Shown: one piece after another, positions 1-9,594 of the stretch
Layout of the letters: each line of letters opens with the position of its first letter
Numbering within the stretch: the stretch's first letter is position 1
Origin: a bacterium
GTDB taxonomy: Bacteria > Patescibacteriota > Saccharimonadia > Saccharimonadales > Saccharimonadaceae
Assembly (NCBI GenBank): GCA_963626095.1
Contig: CAVFVK010000001.1
Span: 1 to 63,041, forward strand
Direction: 5' to 3'
DNA length: 63,041 nucleotides
Notes under the pieces: generated by a model
Databases searched by the model: none
What the model was told of the DNA's origin: nothing
Seen by the model: the letters and a program-made list of their open reading frames with translations, nothing else
Translations under genes and position numbers: made by a program

Positions 1-260
1 ATATAAATGCGTAAAACATTTTTCTTTTTATACGATAAACAATATCATGTTATTGCATCAAAAATATGAAGAACATAGTCTAAAAGTATTGTAAAAGTAG
101 CAGGATATGTAATTTTGTATTTAGTAGGTATTACCACTTGTAAGTTAACGTATATGATGGTTTTTATTTGTCCCAATTTAACCTTATATTTAAAGTTTTT
201 TAAGAGATTGGTTAAATCTTTAATAGGTTTTAGATTATCAATTACTTTAAATCCAAGTAT

Positions 261-295
261 GAAAAAGTCCTCCTTTCTAGAAAGAGGACTTTTTC
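261..295. terminator. Inverted repeat, probable intrinsic terminator
   Basis: GAAAAAGTCCTC...GAGGACTTTTTC, 12-bp stem with A/T tails. Confidence 0.6.
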
Positions 296-352
296 AAGGT
301 TTTATATAAAATAAAAACTTACGAACAGTTAAGTTCGCAAGTCAATTTTAAA

Positions 353-428
353 TGGAGCCGATGGCAGGGATCGAACCTGTGACCTGCTCGTTACGAATGA
401 GCTGCTCTACCAACTGAGCTACATCGGC
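353..428 (-). tRNA. tRNA-Thr(CGT)
   Basis: Reverse complement GCCGATG...CATCGGCTCCA folds as a cloverleaf; anticodon loop TT-CGT-AA; T-loop TTCGATC; CCA end. Confidence 0.95.
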
Positions 429-495
429 ACCATCTTTATTATAACACACTTTTTCTTGCTAGCATACAGAATGTGATATAATTAAGTCAAGGAGG

Positions 496-1107
496 ATGAA
501 AATGACAAAAAATCCAAAAGCGGAAATTATTAAACACGGGGTCGACGAGGCTAGTGGGGCTCTGAAGCGCAACGCCTGGAGCGCGATTATTGAATCTCTC
601 GCGACGATTATTCTCGGTATTCTTTTGATTGCTTGGCAAAACGCCGTAGTCCAAGTCATCGGCTACGTCGCCGGCACAATTTTAATCATCAAAGGTGCCT
701 ACCAAATCATTAATTATTTTGTCGTCAAGGGTCAAAACAATATTTTTAACAACAACCTGCTCGGCGGCGTCATTTCGCTCCTTATCGGTATCGCCTTTTT
801 CTTTATCGGCGAGCAAATCTTCGACGTCTTCCGTATTATTATGGGCATTTGGATGATTTACGAAGCTCTCGTCCGCATGAACACCTCGATCAAACTTCAC
901 ACAGTCGGCATAAAAGCCTGGAGCTACGTCTTAATTCTTGCTCTTATGATGTTGGTTCTTGGTGTTTTTGTCACTTTCTACCAAGGCGCAGTAGTCACTC
1001 TCATCGGCTGGATGATGATTCTGACCGGTATTATTGGCATTGTAGGCGACGCAATGTTTATTCAATACGTTAATAAAGTAGCGGATTTTATCACCGACAA
1101 AAAATAA
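496..1107 (+). CDS. HdeD/DUF308-like membrane protein
   Basis: 203 aa, about 6 hydrophobic segments in two repeats; SD AAGGAGG upstream. Confidence 0.7.
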   Translation: MKMTKNPKAEIIKHGVDEASGALKRNAWSAIIESLATIILGILLIAWQNAVVQVIGYVAGTILIIKGAYQIINYFVVKGQNNIFNNNLLGGVISLLIGIAFFFIGEQIFDVFRIIMGIWMIYEALVRMNTSIKLHTVGIKAWSYVLILALMMLVLGVFVTFYQGAVVTLIGWMMILTGIIGIVGDAMFIQYVNKVADFITDKK

Positions 1108-1110
1108 CTC

Positions 1111-1473
1111 ATGAGTAATTTTAAAGAAACCTTCCTGAAGATTTTTCATACCGAACGCAGCTCGTTCGTTCTGATGATTTTTAATTTGGTTTTTTCACTC
1201 GCTCTAATTATCTTTTCAATCATTAGCCTTAATCCAAACGCCTCAGTGGTCAAAATCGGCTATGGCGACATCGGTGGTTATCGTGATGGTTCCTGGCAGG
1301 ATTTACTGGCTTTTCCGCTCCTGGCTTTAATTTTTGGCGTATTTCATAATTTTCTCGCTCTCCGCATTTTTGAAAAACGCGGTTCGGGCATGGCTAAGTT
1401 CTTTTTGTTTATCACCACGATGCTAATTGCGGGAACTTTCTTAGTCTTAATCCGCACGCTCGGGGAAGGTTAA
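1111..1473 (+). CDS. Hypothetical membrane protein (3 TM)
   Basis: 120 aa, tightly packed between neighbours, three hydrophobic segments. Confidence 0.7.
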   Translation: MSNFKETFLKIFHTERSSFVLMIFNLVFSLALIIFSIISLNPNASVVKIGYGDIGGYRDGSWQDLLAFPLLALIFGVFHNFLALRIFEKRGSGMAKFFLFITTMLIAGTFLVLIRTLGEG

Positions 1474-1474
1474 T

Positions 1475-3106
1475 ATGCGTACGCGCCAAAATCTCGAAAT
1501 TCCGCAAGGCAAACGCACCCCGCTCTACCGTTTTCTCGAAATCCTGCCCGGGGCGATTTCCTATGGCGCAATTATTTTGCTCTTTTTGCTTTCCTGGATT
1601 GAACCCATGGTGGGCGCGATTTATCTATTCATTCTTATTGCCGCGACTTTGGTCAAAGCCGTCGCTGTCGCCTATCGCACGATTCAAGGTTACGAAATCA
1701 TTAAGCGTGCCGGTCGGGTCGATTGGGCGAAACGTCTTAGTGACCTTGAAGCTCCGCACGATTCATTTGAACGCCTGCGCGACGACGATAATAATAGCTA
1801 TCATTTTGTCGAACATGTCGAAAACTTAAAAATGATGGCTGCCATGGAAAGCGAATATCCAAAACCGTCCGAAGTCTACCACGTCGTAATTATGACCGCC
1901 TACGACGAAGGCTTAGAAACGCTTGATCCCTCAGTCGAAGCCGTCAAAAATACCACTTTTCCCAACGAACGGATTATTTTTGTTCTGGCTTATGAGGCTC
2001 GGGGTGGGGAAACAATCGAAAATAACGCCAAAGTTTTGGCCGAAAAATACCACGGCGTGTTTCGAGACTTTTTACTCATTAAACACCCCGCCGACTTACC
2101 AAACGAAGTTATCGGCAAGGGTCCGAATCTAACCTACGCCGGCGAACAAGTCGCAAAATACGTAAAAGCACAAAATCTCCCAGTCGAAAATATCATTGTT
2201 ACCTCGCTGGATAGCGACAATCGTATGGCACCGAAATACCTCGACTCTGTCGCCTACGAGTTCATCACTCACCCTAATCGCCAACGTCTCAGCTATCAAC
2301 CGGTCGCTCTATTTATGAACAATATTTGGGACGCCCCCGCGCCTTCTCGTGTCATCGCGACCTCGAACTCCTTTTTCAATGTAATCTCGACCATGCGCCC
2401 GCATTCTCTGCGCAACTTCGCCTCTCACTCACAACCTCTTCAAGCTCTCGAAGCCATGCATTTCTGGAGCAAACGCACCATCGTCGAAGACGGTCATCAA
2501 TATTGGCGCAGTCTCTTTTTCTTCCATGGCGACTACGCGGTATTGCCCATTCGTATTCCGATTTATCAAGACGCGGTCATCGACGAAACTTTTTGGAAAA
2601 CCATCAAAGCCCAGTTCGTCCAAGTTCGGCGCTGGTATTACGGCGCTTCCGACGTAGCCTATGTTGGCACACGCTTGTTCGTCCCTAGATCCGATCGCGT
2701 CGTCCCGTTCTGGCAACTTTTCCCGAAGTTTCTGCGCCTGCTCGACGGGCATATCACGCTTGCCATTCTCGCACCCATCGTTGCTTTTGGTGGTTGGGTG
2801 CCAATGATTATGAACGTCTCGTCTCACGAAATGATTGCTTATAGCCTGCCGAGCATCGTCGGCGTGGTAGAAACCTTCGCCTCTATCGGTCTTATCGTCT
2901 CGGTACTAGTTTCTTTCAAAATCCTCCCCGAACGCCCCGCCAAATACAGAAAAGGGAAGAACATCTCTATGATTATCCAGTGGGTCTTAATGCCAATCAC
3001 CTCGATTTTGTATCAATCCGTCGCCGCTTTTTATTCTCAAACCCGTCTCATGCTCGGCAAATATATGGAAAAATTTGACGTTACCAAAAAAGTCGTCAAA
3101 AAGTAG
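1475..3106 (+). CDS. Membrane-bound glycosyltransferase family 2
   Basis: DSD (DxD), VED and QVRRW (QxxRW) motifs; N- and C-terminal TM helices. Confidence 0.85.
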   Translation: MRTRQNLEIPQGKRTPLYRFLEILPGAISYGAIILLFLLSWIEPMVGAIYLFILIAATLVKAVAVAYRTIQGYEIIKRAGRVDWAKRLSDLEAPHDSFERLRDDDNNSYHFVEHVENLKMMAAMESEYPKPSEVYHVVIMTAYDEGLETLDPSVEAVKNTTFPNERIIFVLAYEARGGETIENNAKVLAEKYHGVFRDFLLIKHPADLPNEVIGKGPNLTYAGEQVAKYVKAQNLPVENIIVTSLDSDNRMAPKYLDSVAYEFITHPNRQRLSYQPVALFMNNIWDAPAPSRVIATSNSFFNVISTMRPHSLRNFASHSQPLQALEAMHFWSKRTIVEDGHQYWRSLFFFHGDYAVLPIRIPIYQDAVIDETFWKTIKAQFVQVRRWYYGASDVAYVGTRLFVPRSDRVVPFWQLFPKFLRLLDGHITLAILAPIVAFGGWVPMIMNVSSHEMIAYSLPSIVGVVETFASIGLIVSVLVSFKILPERPAKYRKGKNISMIIQWVLMPITSILYQSVAAFYSQTRLMLGKYMEKFDVTKKVVKK

Positions 3107-3180
3107 TTCTGCCTTACTTTTTGCCTCGTCTCGTTCTCATATTGCCTCATTTCGCATTATCTCCGCAATACAATTCTGCT

Positions 3181-3846
3181 CTAACTCAACTTTTTCCCAG
3201 TCCCACCCCGAATTCTCAGCGCCTGGCAAACTCCTCTCACCGCCTCATCATAACTATCATAAATCTTTAAATTCGCTCCGAGTACATTTTTTATTTCCGC
3301 CTTCACGTCCTCGAGTTGCGCGCACCCCAGCACAATCTCCCCCGGCCAAAACTGTCGTTTCTTCGAAAAATCTTCCAAAGTATTTCGGATTTCAGCTTCG
3401 GTCAGCTCGCCATCATCAATTTTGCTCGGCCAACTGTCTAGGCATAAAGTTTTTGTTCGGCGTCTCACTCGCAATAAAAAATGGCAATAATTTATTGTTC
3501 GTCTCACAGCCGTCGTCGTCATTATGAGTACGTCGCGTTTAATAAAACTATCCGGCTTTTTCAAATTCAATCCAATAAATTTTTGTCGCCTATATTTTCT
3601 CCGGAAATACCTTAGGCTCGTCATCGTTAGCAGATGATTGGCCAAAACTATCAAATCAGCCTTGCCAATATACGGTTTCAGCGCTATCTCCGTCACCCTA
3701 CGCGCCCGCCGCGGATTTTTCAAAATCTCGTCCGCATGTCGCCAGTCGATCACTCGAATAATTTCGAGTACCGGCAGGTCTTCCTGTAGTCGGTCGGCGA
3801 AAAACTCGCCTCCATATCCCCCATCGAACACCACAACTTTTAGCAT
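3181..3846 (-). CDS. Glutamate racemase-like protein, degenerate active site
   Basis: VVVFDGGYGG resembles MurI FDSGxGG; VLGCAQ resembles LGCTH; start moved to MLKVV. Confidence 0.6.
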   Translation of the reverse strand: MLKVVVFDGGYGGEFFADRLQEDLPVLEIIRVIDWRHADEILKNPRRARRVTEIALKPYIGKADLIVLANHLLTMTSLRYFRRKYRRQKFIGLNLKKPDSFIKRDVLIMTTTAVRRTINYCHFLLRVRRRTKTLCLDSWPSKIDDGELTEAEIRNTLEDFSKKRQFWPGEIVLGCAQLEDVKAEIKNVLGANLKIYDSYDEAVRGVCQALRIRGGTGKKLS

Positions 3847-4132
3847 TTTTATTGCCTCATTTTTCCTTTCTCCTCCATGCCGAGATTGTATCATGTTTTT
3901 TCGGTCTTCAAATTTTGGACTTGCAAAAAATGGGACATTTGTCTCATTTTTTGCGATTCTGCCGGTAGCTAACAGGGGTGAAAAAATCCGTAAAAAAGTA
4001 TTCTAAAAATCATTCAAATTTTATAAAAAACTCCGCAAAAATTCGAAATCTGCCAGCCCTCCCCGACCATCATTTAAAAAACATCAAAATTCTCTCACCC
4101 GAATTATTCGCCGTGTGATATAATATTTCTAT

Positions 4133-4209
4133 GGGTTGTTAGCTCAGTTGGCTAGAGCACCTCGTTTACACCGAGGGGGTCGGGGGTTCGAATCCCTCAC
4201 AACCCACCA
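4133..4209 (+). tRNA. tRNA-Val(TAC)
   Basis: GGGTTGT...ACAACCCACCA cloverleaf; CCTCG-TT-TAC-AC-CGAGG anticodon arm. Confidence 0.95.
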
Positions 4210-4214
4210 TTACT

Positions 4215-5141
4215 ATGCAAGTCGAACTCACACAATTTTACGAACGCCTTGGCGCCATCGCCCTGATTTTAATCCTGGGGTTTTTTCTTGGCAAATTCAA
4301 ACTCATCAGCCAAAAAACCAATACCGAGCTCACCAATTTACTCCTCACCGTCTTTATGCCTGCGGCGCTCTTTACCGCCTTTCCCGCCACTTATGACGAA
4401 GCTCTGGAAGGCCTCTTTTTTGCCGGTCTTGCTGCCGGTTTTCTGGTAATGTTCATCTTGATTGTTGTTGCCAAAATCATCTACCATCCCAAAATTTTCA
4501 AAGGCGATCTGTCCTACGAAGCTCAGTTCGCCCTGATTTTCAACAACGCCACTTTTCTCGGCTATCCTATCGTCTCCAGTACTTTCGGCGCCGGCGGAAT
4601 TCTCGCCTATTGTGGCTTTATTATTGCCTTTAACATCGCACTTTTTTCCTACGGCATCTGGCTATTCGAACGCAAAATCACCCCCAAACTGCTCCGCAGC
4701 GTTATCTTGAACCCCAACATTCTCGCCGTCCTCATCGGCATGGTATTATTTTTACTCAATCTCCGCCTACCGAGCTTTATAAGTGATGCCGTCGGCTACG
4801 TCGGCGCCGCCACCACTCCGCTTTCACTAATCTGTATCGGTTTTATGCTCTCTCAAGCGCGTTTGTTGCAAGTCTTGAAAAAATGGCAGCTCCTAGTCGC
4901 CTCAGCCGTCCAACTCGTCCTCGGCCCACTCATTGCTTGGGGCGCACTCTCGCTACTCAACTTTCCGTCCGAAGTGGTCCAAGTCTGCACCCTAATCCAA
5001 GCTCTCCCCACCGCGACTTCGCTCGGTCTCTTTGCCGTCAAATACGGTGGCAATCCCACCGAAGCCTCCGAATTCGTCACCATTTCCACCATTCTTTCAG
5101 TCATCACAATGCCCCTCATGATTTTACTATTACTGGGCTAG
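4215..5141 (+). CDS. AEC family (auxin efflux carrier-like) transporter
   Basis: 308 aa, about 10 TM; NATFLGYP, NPNILA and ALPTA motifs. Confidence 0.85.
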   Translation: MQVELTQFYERLGAIALILILGFFLGKFKLISQKTNTELTNLLLTVFMPAALFTAFPATYDEALEGLFFAGLAAGFLVMFILIVVAKIIYHPKIFKGDLSYEAQFALIFNNATFLGYPIVSSTFGAGGILAYCGFIIAFNIALFSYGIWLFERKITPKLLRSVILNPNILAVLIGMVLFLLNLRLPSFISDAVGYVGAATTPLSLICIGFMLSQARLLQVLKKWQLLVASAVQLVLGPLIAWGALSLLNFPSEVVQVCTLIQALPTATSLGLFAVKYGGNPTEASEFVTISTILSVITMPLMILLLLG

Positions 5142-5175
5142 TGTGGTATAATAAACTGTAGAAAAGGGAAACAAT

Positions 5176-6921
5176 ATGAACGATTTAGAAAAAATGCGGC
5201 ACACTTTGAGCCACGTCCTCGCCGCGGCGGTGCAAGAACTATACAAAGATGTTAAATTCGGTATCGGACCGGCGGTCGACAACGGCTTTTATTACGATAT
5301 CGACTTTGGTGATGTCAAAATTTCCGACGCCGATTTGAACAAAATCGAGAAAAAAATGCGTGGTATTATTGCCCGCAAACTCAAAATGGTAAAGCGCGTT
5401 GTCGATAAAACCGAAGCCTTGAATTGGGCGCGCGACCACGGTCAAACTTACAAAATCGAACTAATTAAAGAACTCCCCGAAGATGCCGAAATCTCTTTTT
5501 ACGACCTCGGCGACTTGTTTACTGACCTCTGTAAAGGTCCGCATGTAGACGACCTGTCTCAAATCGGCGCATTTAAACTTACTCGTATCGCCGGCGCCTA
5601 TTGGCGAGGTGACGAAAAACGCGAAATGCTCACTCGAATCTACGGGGTCGCCTTTGCTACCGAAGAAGAACTCACTTCGTACCTTGAGCGCCAAGCCGAA
5701 GCCAAAGCTCGCGACCACCGCAAACTCGGCAAAGAACTCGATCTATTCTGTTTTTCGGACTTGGTTGGCGCCGGTTTGCCTTTGTTTACTCCGCGTGGCA
5801 CCGAGCTTCGCGAACTAATGGCAAATTATTCACTTTCTCTCCGAGGCCGCGAAGGCTTCAAAAAAGTCTGGACTCCTCATATCACCAAAACCGACCTCTA
5901 CAAAACTTCTGGTCACTATGCAAAATTCGGCGACGAACTATTTATGGTTCATTCCCAAGTCAACGGGGAAGAATTCGCCATGAAACCGATGAACTGCCCG
6001 CATCACGCCCAGATTTTTGCTTCGCGTCCGCGCACTTATCGCGAAATGCCAGTGCGCTATATGGAAGCGACGACCGATTATCGCGACGAAAAAACCGGCG
6101 AACTTGGCGGGCTTTCGCGCGTCCGTTCCTTGACGCAGGACGACTCACACGTTTTCTGTATGAATAGCCAAATCAAAGACGAAGTCAAGCGTCTTGTCGG
6201 CATCGTTAAAGAACTTTATACTACCGTCGGCATGCAGAAACTTCGCGCCCGACTCTCTTATCGTTCCAACGAAGACAAATATCTCGGCGATAAAGCCCTC
6301 TGGACTATGGCGCAAGATCAAATCAAACAAGCTGCCATCGACAACGGACTCGAATACTTTGAAGCCGAAGGCGAAGCCGCCTTCTACGGTCCCAAAATCG
6401 ACTTCATGGCCGAAGACGCTCTTGGTCGCGAGCATCAACTTGCCACCATCCAGCTCGATTTTGTCCAGCCGGAACGTTTTGGCCTCGAATTCACGAATTC
6501 CAAGGGCGAAAAAGAACGTCCGGTCATGATTCACCACGCCACTTTGGGTTCAATCGAACGATTCTTGTCGGTCTTTATCGAACACACCGGCGGTTGGTTC
6601 CCATTTTGGTGTGCGCCAGAACAAGTCCGCATCATCACCGTAAACGACGCCGTTTCTGATTATGTCGCAAAAATCACCGAAGTTTTAAGTTCTATCATTC
6701 TCGAAAAACCCTTAAGGCACAACGAACTACGGTTCACGGTCGACGACGCTTCCGATTCGCTAGGCAAAAAAATCAAACGCGCCACTTCGATGAAGATTCC
6801 AGTCCTGCTGATTGTCGGTCCCAAAGATGCCGAAGAAAAAGTCGTCTCCGTCCGCCTGAAAGACAGCGAAGAAAAAGTCAACCTCTCCGACCTCGCCGAC
6901 TTTCTACGGGGATTAAAATGA
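5176..6921 (+). CDS. thrS: Threonine--tRNA ligase
   Basis: RHTLSH, DLCKGPH, DHRKLG, KPMNCP, AFYGPKID, GSIERF motifs. Confidence 0.97.
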   Translation: MNDLEKMRHTLSHVLAAAVQELYKDVKFGIGPAVDNGFYYDIDFGDVKISDADLNKIEKKMRGIIARKLKMVKRVVDKTEALNWARDHGQTYKIELIKELPEDAEISFYDLGDLFTDLCKGPHVDDLSQIGAFKLTRIAGAYWRGDEKREMLTRIYGVAFATEEELTSYLERQAEAKARDHRKLGKELDLFCFSDLVGAGLPLFTPRGTELRELMANYSLSLRGREGFKKVWTPHITKTDLYKTSGHYAKFGDELFMVHSQVNGEEFAMKPMNCPHHAQIFASRPRTYREMPVRYMEATTDYRDEKTGELGGLSRVRSLTQDDSHVFCMNSQIKDEVKRLVGIVKELYTTVGMQKLRARLSYRSNEDKYLGDKALWTMAQDQIKQAAIDNGLEYFEAEGEAAFYGPKIDFMAEDALGREHQLATIQLDFVQPERFGLEFTNSKGEKERPVMIHHATLGSIERFLSVFIEHTGGWFPFWCAPEQVRIITVNDAVSDYVAKITEVLSSIILEKPLRHNELRFTVDDASDSLGKKIKRATSMKIPVLLIVGPKDAEEKVVSVRLKDSEEKVNLSDLADFLRGLK

Positions 6922-7736
6922 ATCTAGCCCTTGGAGGGGCGGGCAAAACCAGTTCAAACCAGCTAACATCCCATCGTAATCCGACGGTTGTGATTTTAGG
7001 TCCAACTGGCTCGGGCAAAACCGGCGTAGCTATCGAAATCGCAAAAACTCTCGGCGGGGAAGTTATCTCCGCCGATTCACGCGCCATTTTTAGAGGCATG
7101 GATATCGGCACTGCCAAGCCCACCAAGGACGAAATGCAAGGCGTCCCCCACTTCGGGTTAGATTTAGTAGATCCTGGCGAAAGATTCACCGTTGCGGACT
7201 GGAAAACCTATGCCGAGAATAAAATCGCCGAGATTAAAGCGCGTTCAAAATTGCCGATGGTGGTTGGCGGGACTGGTTTATATATCGATGCATTAATTTA
7301 TGACTATCATTTCAAAGGACCGACCGGTCATAAAATCGGCGATATTGAACAAAAAAGTTGTTCAGACAGAACAGGGGTGAAAGGCGATTTTTTGCTCATT
7401 GGCGTCAAAACCGAACCAGAGGTCCTGCGCGCCCGTTTGAAGGCTCGTATCGACCAAATGTTCTGTGACGCCCTTTTTGATGAGGTCAAGAGCCTAGTAA
7501 GACAATACGATTGGCAAACCCAGGCCATGAAAAGTAATATTTATATGTATGCGTATAAATATTTAACCGGCGAGCTAACATTAGTTGAAGCCAAAGAACA
7601 ATGTTTTTACGAAGATTGGCATCTAGCTAAACGTCAACTCACTTGGTTTAAGCGAAATCCGGAAATAATTTGGCTTCCTCTCGACAAAATTTACTCATTT
7701 GTGCTAAAATATATACAAGATGAGCAAAATTGCTAA
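6918..7736 (+). CDS. miaA: tRNA dimethylallyltransferase (short form)
   Basis: GPTGSGKT, ISADS, DIGTAKP, VGGTGLY, AKRQLTWF motifs. Confidence 0.93.
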   Translation: MNLALGGAGKTSSNQLTSHRNPTVVILGPTGSGKTGVAIEIAKTLGGEVISADSRAIFRGMDIGTAKPTKDEMQGVPHFGLDLVDPGERFTVADWKTYAENKIAEIKARSKLPMVVGGTGLYIDALIYDYHFKGPTGHKIGDIEQKSCSDRTGVKGDFLLIGVKTEPEVLRARLKARIDQMFCDALFDEVKSLVRQYDWQTQAMKSNIYMYAYKYLTGELTLVEAKEQCFYEDWHLAKRQLTWFKRNPEIIWLPLDKIYSFVLKYIQDEQNC

Positions 7737-8325
7737 CACTCCTACAGAAAAATTATTCGGCTCGAAAACTCGGGCTAAGCTCCTACAACTATTTTTTGAA
7801 AATCCTGAAAAAAGTTTTTATGTTCGTGAAATGACTCGCGTTATTGACGAGCAAATCAATTCCGTGCGTCGTGAGCTTTTAAATCTCGAAAGCATCGGTA
7901 TTATCAAAAACGAAACTTTTGACAACAAAATCTATTACTCAGCCAACACCAAACATCCTTTCACTCGTCCACTTTCCGAAATTTTCTCAAAAAAGAATAG
8001 TTCAACCGTCAAGCCCGAAGAAATCAAAACCAACACCTGGGACGAATACATCCGCCCGGTCAAAAGCTATCTTAAAGGGCTTATCGTCACCAATCGTCTG
8101 CCCGGCCAAGAAGGTCTCGACCTTCTAATTATCGGTAACGACCGCACCAAAAAACTCACCCGCTGGGCGGAGGTTGTCGAGAAAAAACTTGGCAAACCGA
8201 TTAACTACGCCATCATGTCGGCCGACGATTTTACCTATCGCAAAAACGTCAAAGACCGTTTCGTCGCCGAAATTCTAGAAATGGAAATCACCGAAATCAT
8301 CGATCCGGAAAATATAATAAAATAA
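7720..8325 (+). CDS. Winged-HTH protein with C-terminal nucleotidyltransferase-like region
   Basis: LFGSKTRAKLL...FYVREMTR...NSVRREL, a wHTH pattern common in CPR. Confidence 0.7.
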   Translation: MSKIANTPTEKLFGSKTRAKLLQLFFENPEKSFYVREMTRVIDEQINSVRRELLNLESIGIIKNETFDNKIYYSANTKHPFTRPLSEIFSKKNSSTVKPEEIKTNTWDEYIRPVKSYLKGLIVTNRLPGQEGLDLLIIGNDRTKKLTRWAEVVEKKLGKPINYAIMSADDFTYRKNVKDRFVAEILEMEITEIIDPENIIK

Positions 8326-8333
8326 GGAGGAAT

Positions 8334-8780
8334 ATGTTCGAAATCGAAAGCAAAAACCAGGACGAAATCACTATCATCACCAAAAAAACCACGATAAAAT
8401 TCAATATCGCCAACTTTTTCATTGACGCCGGCCTCGCCGTCGGTAAAATCACCGGCCCAGGCGAGTTCGAAATCGGCGACGCTAGCATCCGTGGTATCGC
8501 CACCGAAAGCAACAAAACCATCTACGACGTCGAAGTCGGTGGCATTCACGTCGGCATTATCGGAGGTATCGAAGAAAACCTCGATGACCTCGTCGCTGAT
8601 ATTCTCTGCACTTCCTCCGTCCGCGCCATCCGCGAAATCGAGCCTAAGCTCATCGTAGCTATGGGTAACGTCGATGCCATGGTTACCGACCTAAAACTCA
8701 CCGCCAGGACCGAGAAAAAGCTCAAAGTCAAAAATCTCGACAGTCTCCCTGCCACTAAAGAAGTAGTGGTATTAAACTAA
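8334..8780 (+). CDS. Truncated metallo-beta-lactamase-fold-like protein
   Basis: ITGPGEFEIG and IREIEPKLIVAM resemble CPR MBL-fold proteins; no HxHxDH; SD AAGGAGG. Confidence 0.5.
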   Translation: MFEIESKNQDEITIITKKTTIKFNIANFFIDAGLAVGKITGPGEFEIGDASIRGIATESNKTIYDVEVGGIHVGIIGGIEENLDDLVADILCTSSVRAIREIEPKLIVAMGNVDAMVTDLKLTARTEKKLKVKNLDSLPATKEVVVLN

Positions 8781-9442
8781 TGAGTTTTAACCTCTTAAAC
8801 ACCATTATTGTTTTGCTGATTATCCTTGGCTCGGTCATTTTGCATGAGCTCGCCCACGGCGTGGTCGCCTATTTTCTGGGCGACGATACTGCCAAAAACG
8901 CCGGTCGGTTGACTTTAAACCCCCTAAAACACATCGACCCTTACATGTCGATTCTCGTTCCGGTGATTTTATATCTCTTGAACGCTCCAGTTTTTGGTGG
9001 CGCCAAGCCTGTGCCGGTTAATTATCGTAATCTAAAAGGGAAAGAATGGGGCATGGCCTTGGTAGCCTTCGCGGGTCCGTTTACCAATTTTTTACTCGCG
9101 CTGGTCGCTTTTTTACTCGGGCACGCCTTTAATTTAATCGGCTATCAGCCCGGCAGCGGTCTTTATTTTGTCGCAAACTCCATTCCAGCTTTCATTTTTG
9201 CCGAACTCGTCATGATCAATCTCGGCTTTATGCTTTTTAACCTCATTCCTGTTCCGCCCCTAGACGGCTCGCGTATTCTCTACGCCATCTCGCCTGATTT
9301 TTTCCGCGAAATTTTGAGCAATCTCGAGCGCTACGGCGTCATCGTTGTCTATGTTTTAATCCTACTTTTCGGGCAAGTCCTCTCTAGCCTGATGCTAAAC
9401 GGCATGGATGCAATTTTGCAATTCTTCAATTTTTTGGTATAA
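8780..9442 (+). CDS. Site-2 protease (M50) family
   Basis: HELAH, AGPFTN and NLIPVPPLDG motifs. Confidence 0.92.
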   Translation: MSFNLLNTIIVLLIILGSVILHELAHGVVAYFLGDDTAKNAGRLTLNPLKHIDPYMSILVPVILYLLNAPVFGGAKPVPVNYRNLKGKEWGMALVAFAGPFTNFLLALVAFLLGHAFNLIGYQPGSGLYFVANSIPAFIFAELVMINLGFMLFNLIPVPPLDGSRILYAISPDFFREILSNLERYGVIVVYVLILLFGQVLSSLMLNGMDAILQFFNFLV

Positions 9443-9449
9443 TTAAAGT

Positions 9450-9581
9450 AGCCTCGTCGGCAACATGATTTTCCTGAATAATCATGTTCTAGGGATTTCG
9501 TGGCTTACGACCGTGGTCGTATCGCATAAGATTTTACCCACCTTGTATATATTACGGGGAAAACAGGCTAACGGGGCTTTT
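9450..9581 (+). ncRNA. Candidate 6S-like rod-shaped RNA
   Basis: TGGTATAAT at 9435-9443; 5' GCCTCGTCGGC pairs with 3' GCTAACGGGGC; apical TACGAC/GTCGTA stem; ends in TTTT. Confidence 0.5.
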
Positions 9582-9594
9582 AAGATTGGTGGGC

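Noticed and set aside
9450..9581. SRP RNA
   Set aside because: Lacks the conserved domain IV CAGG...GNRA...AGCA pattern
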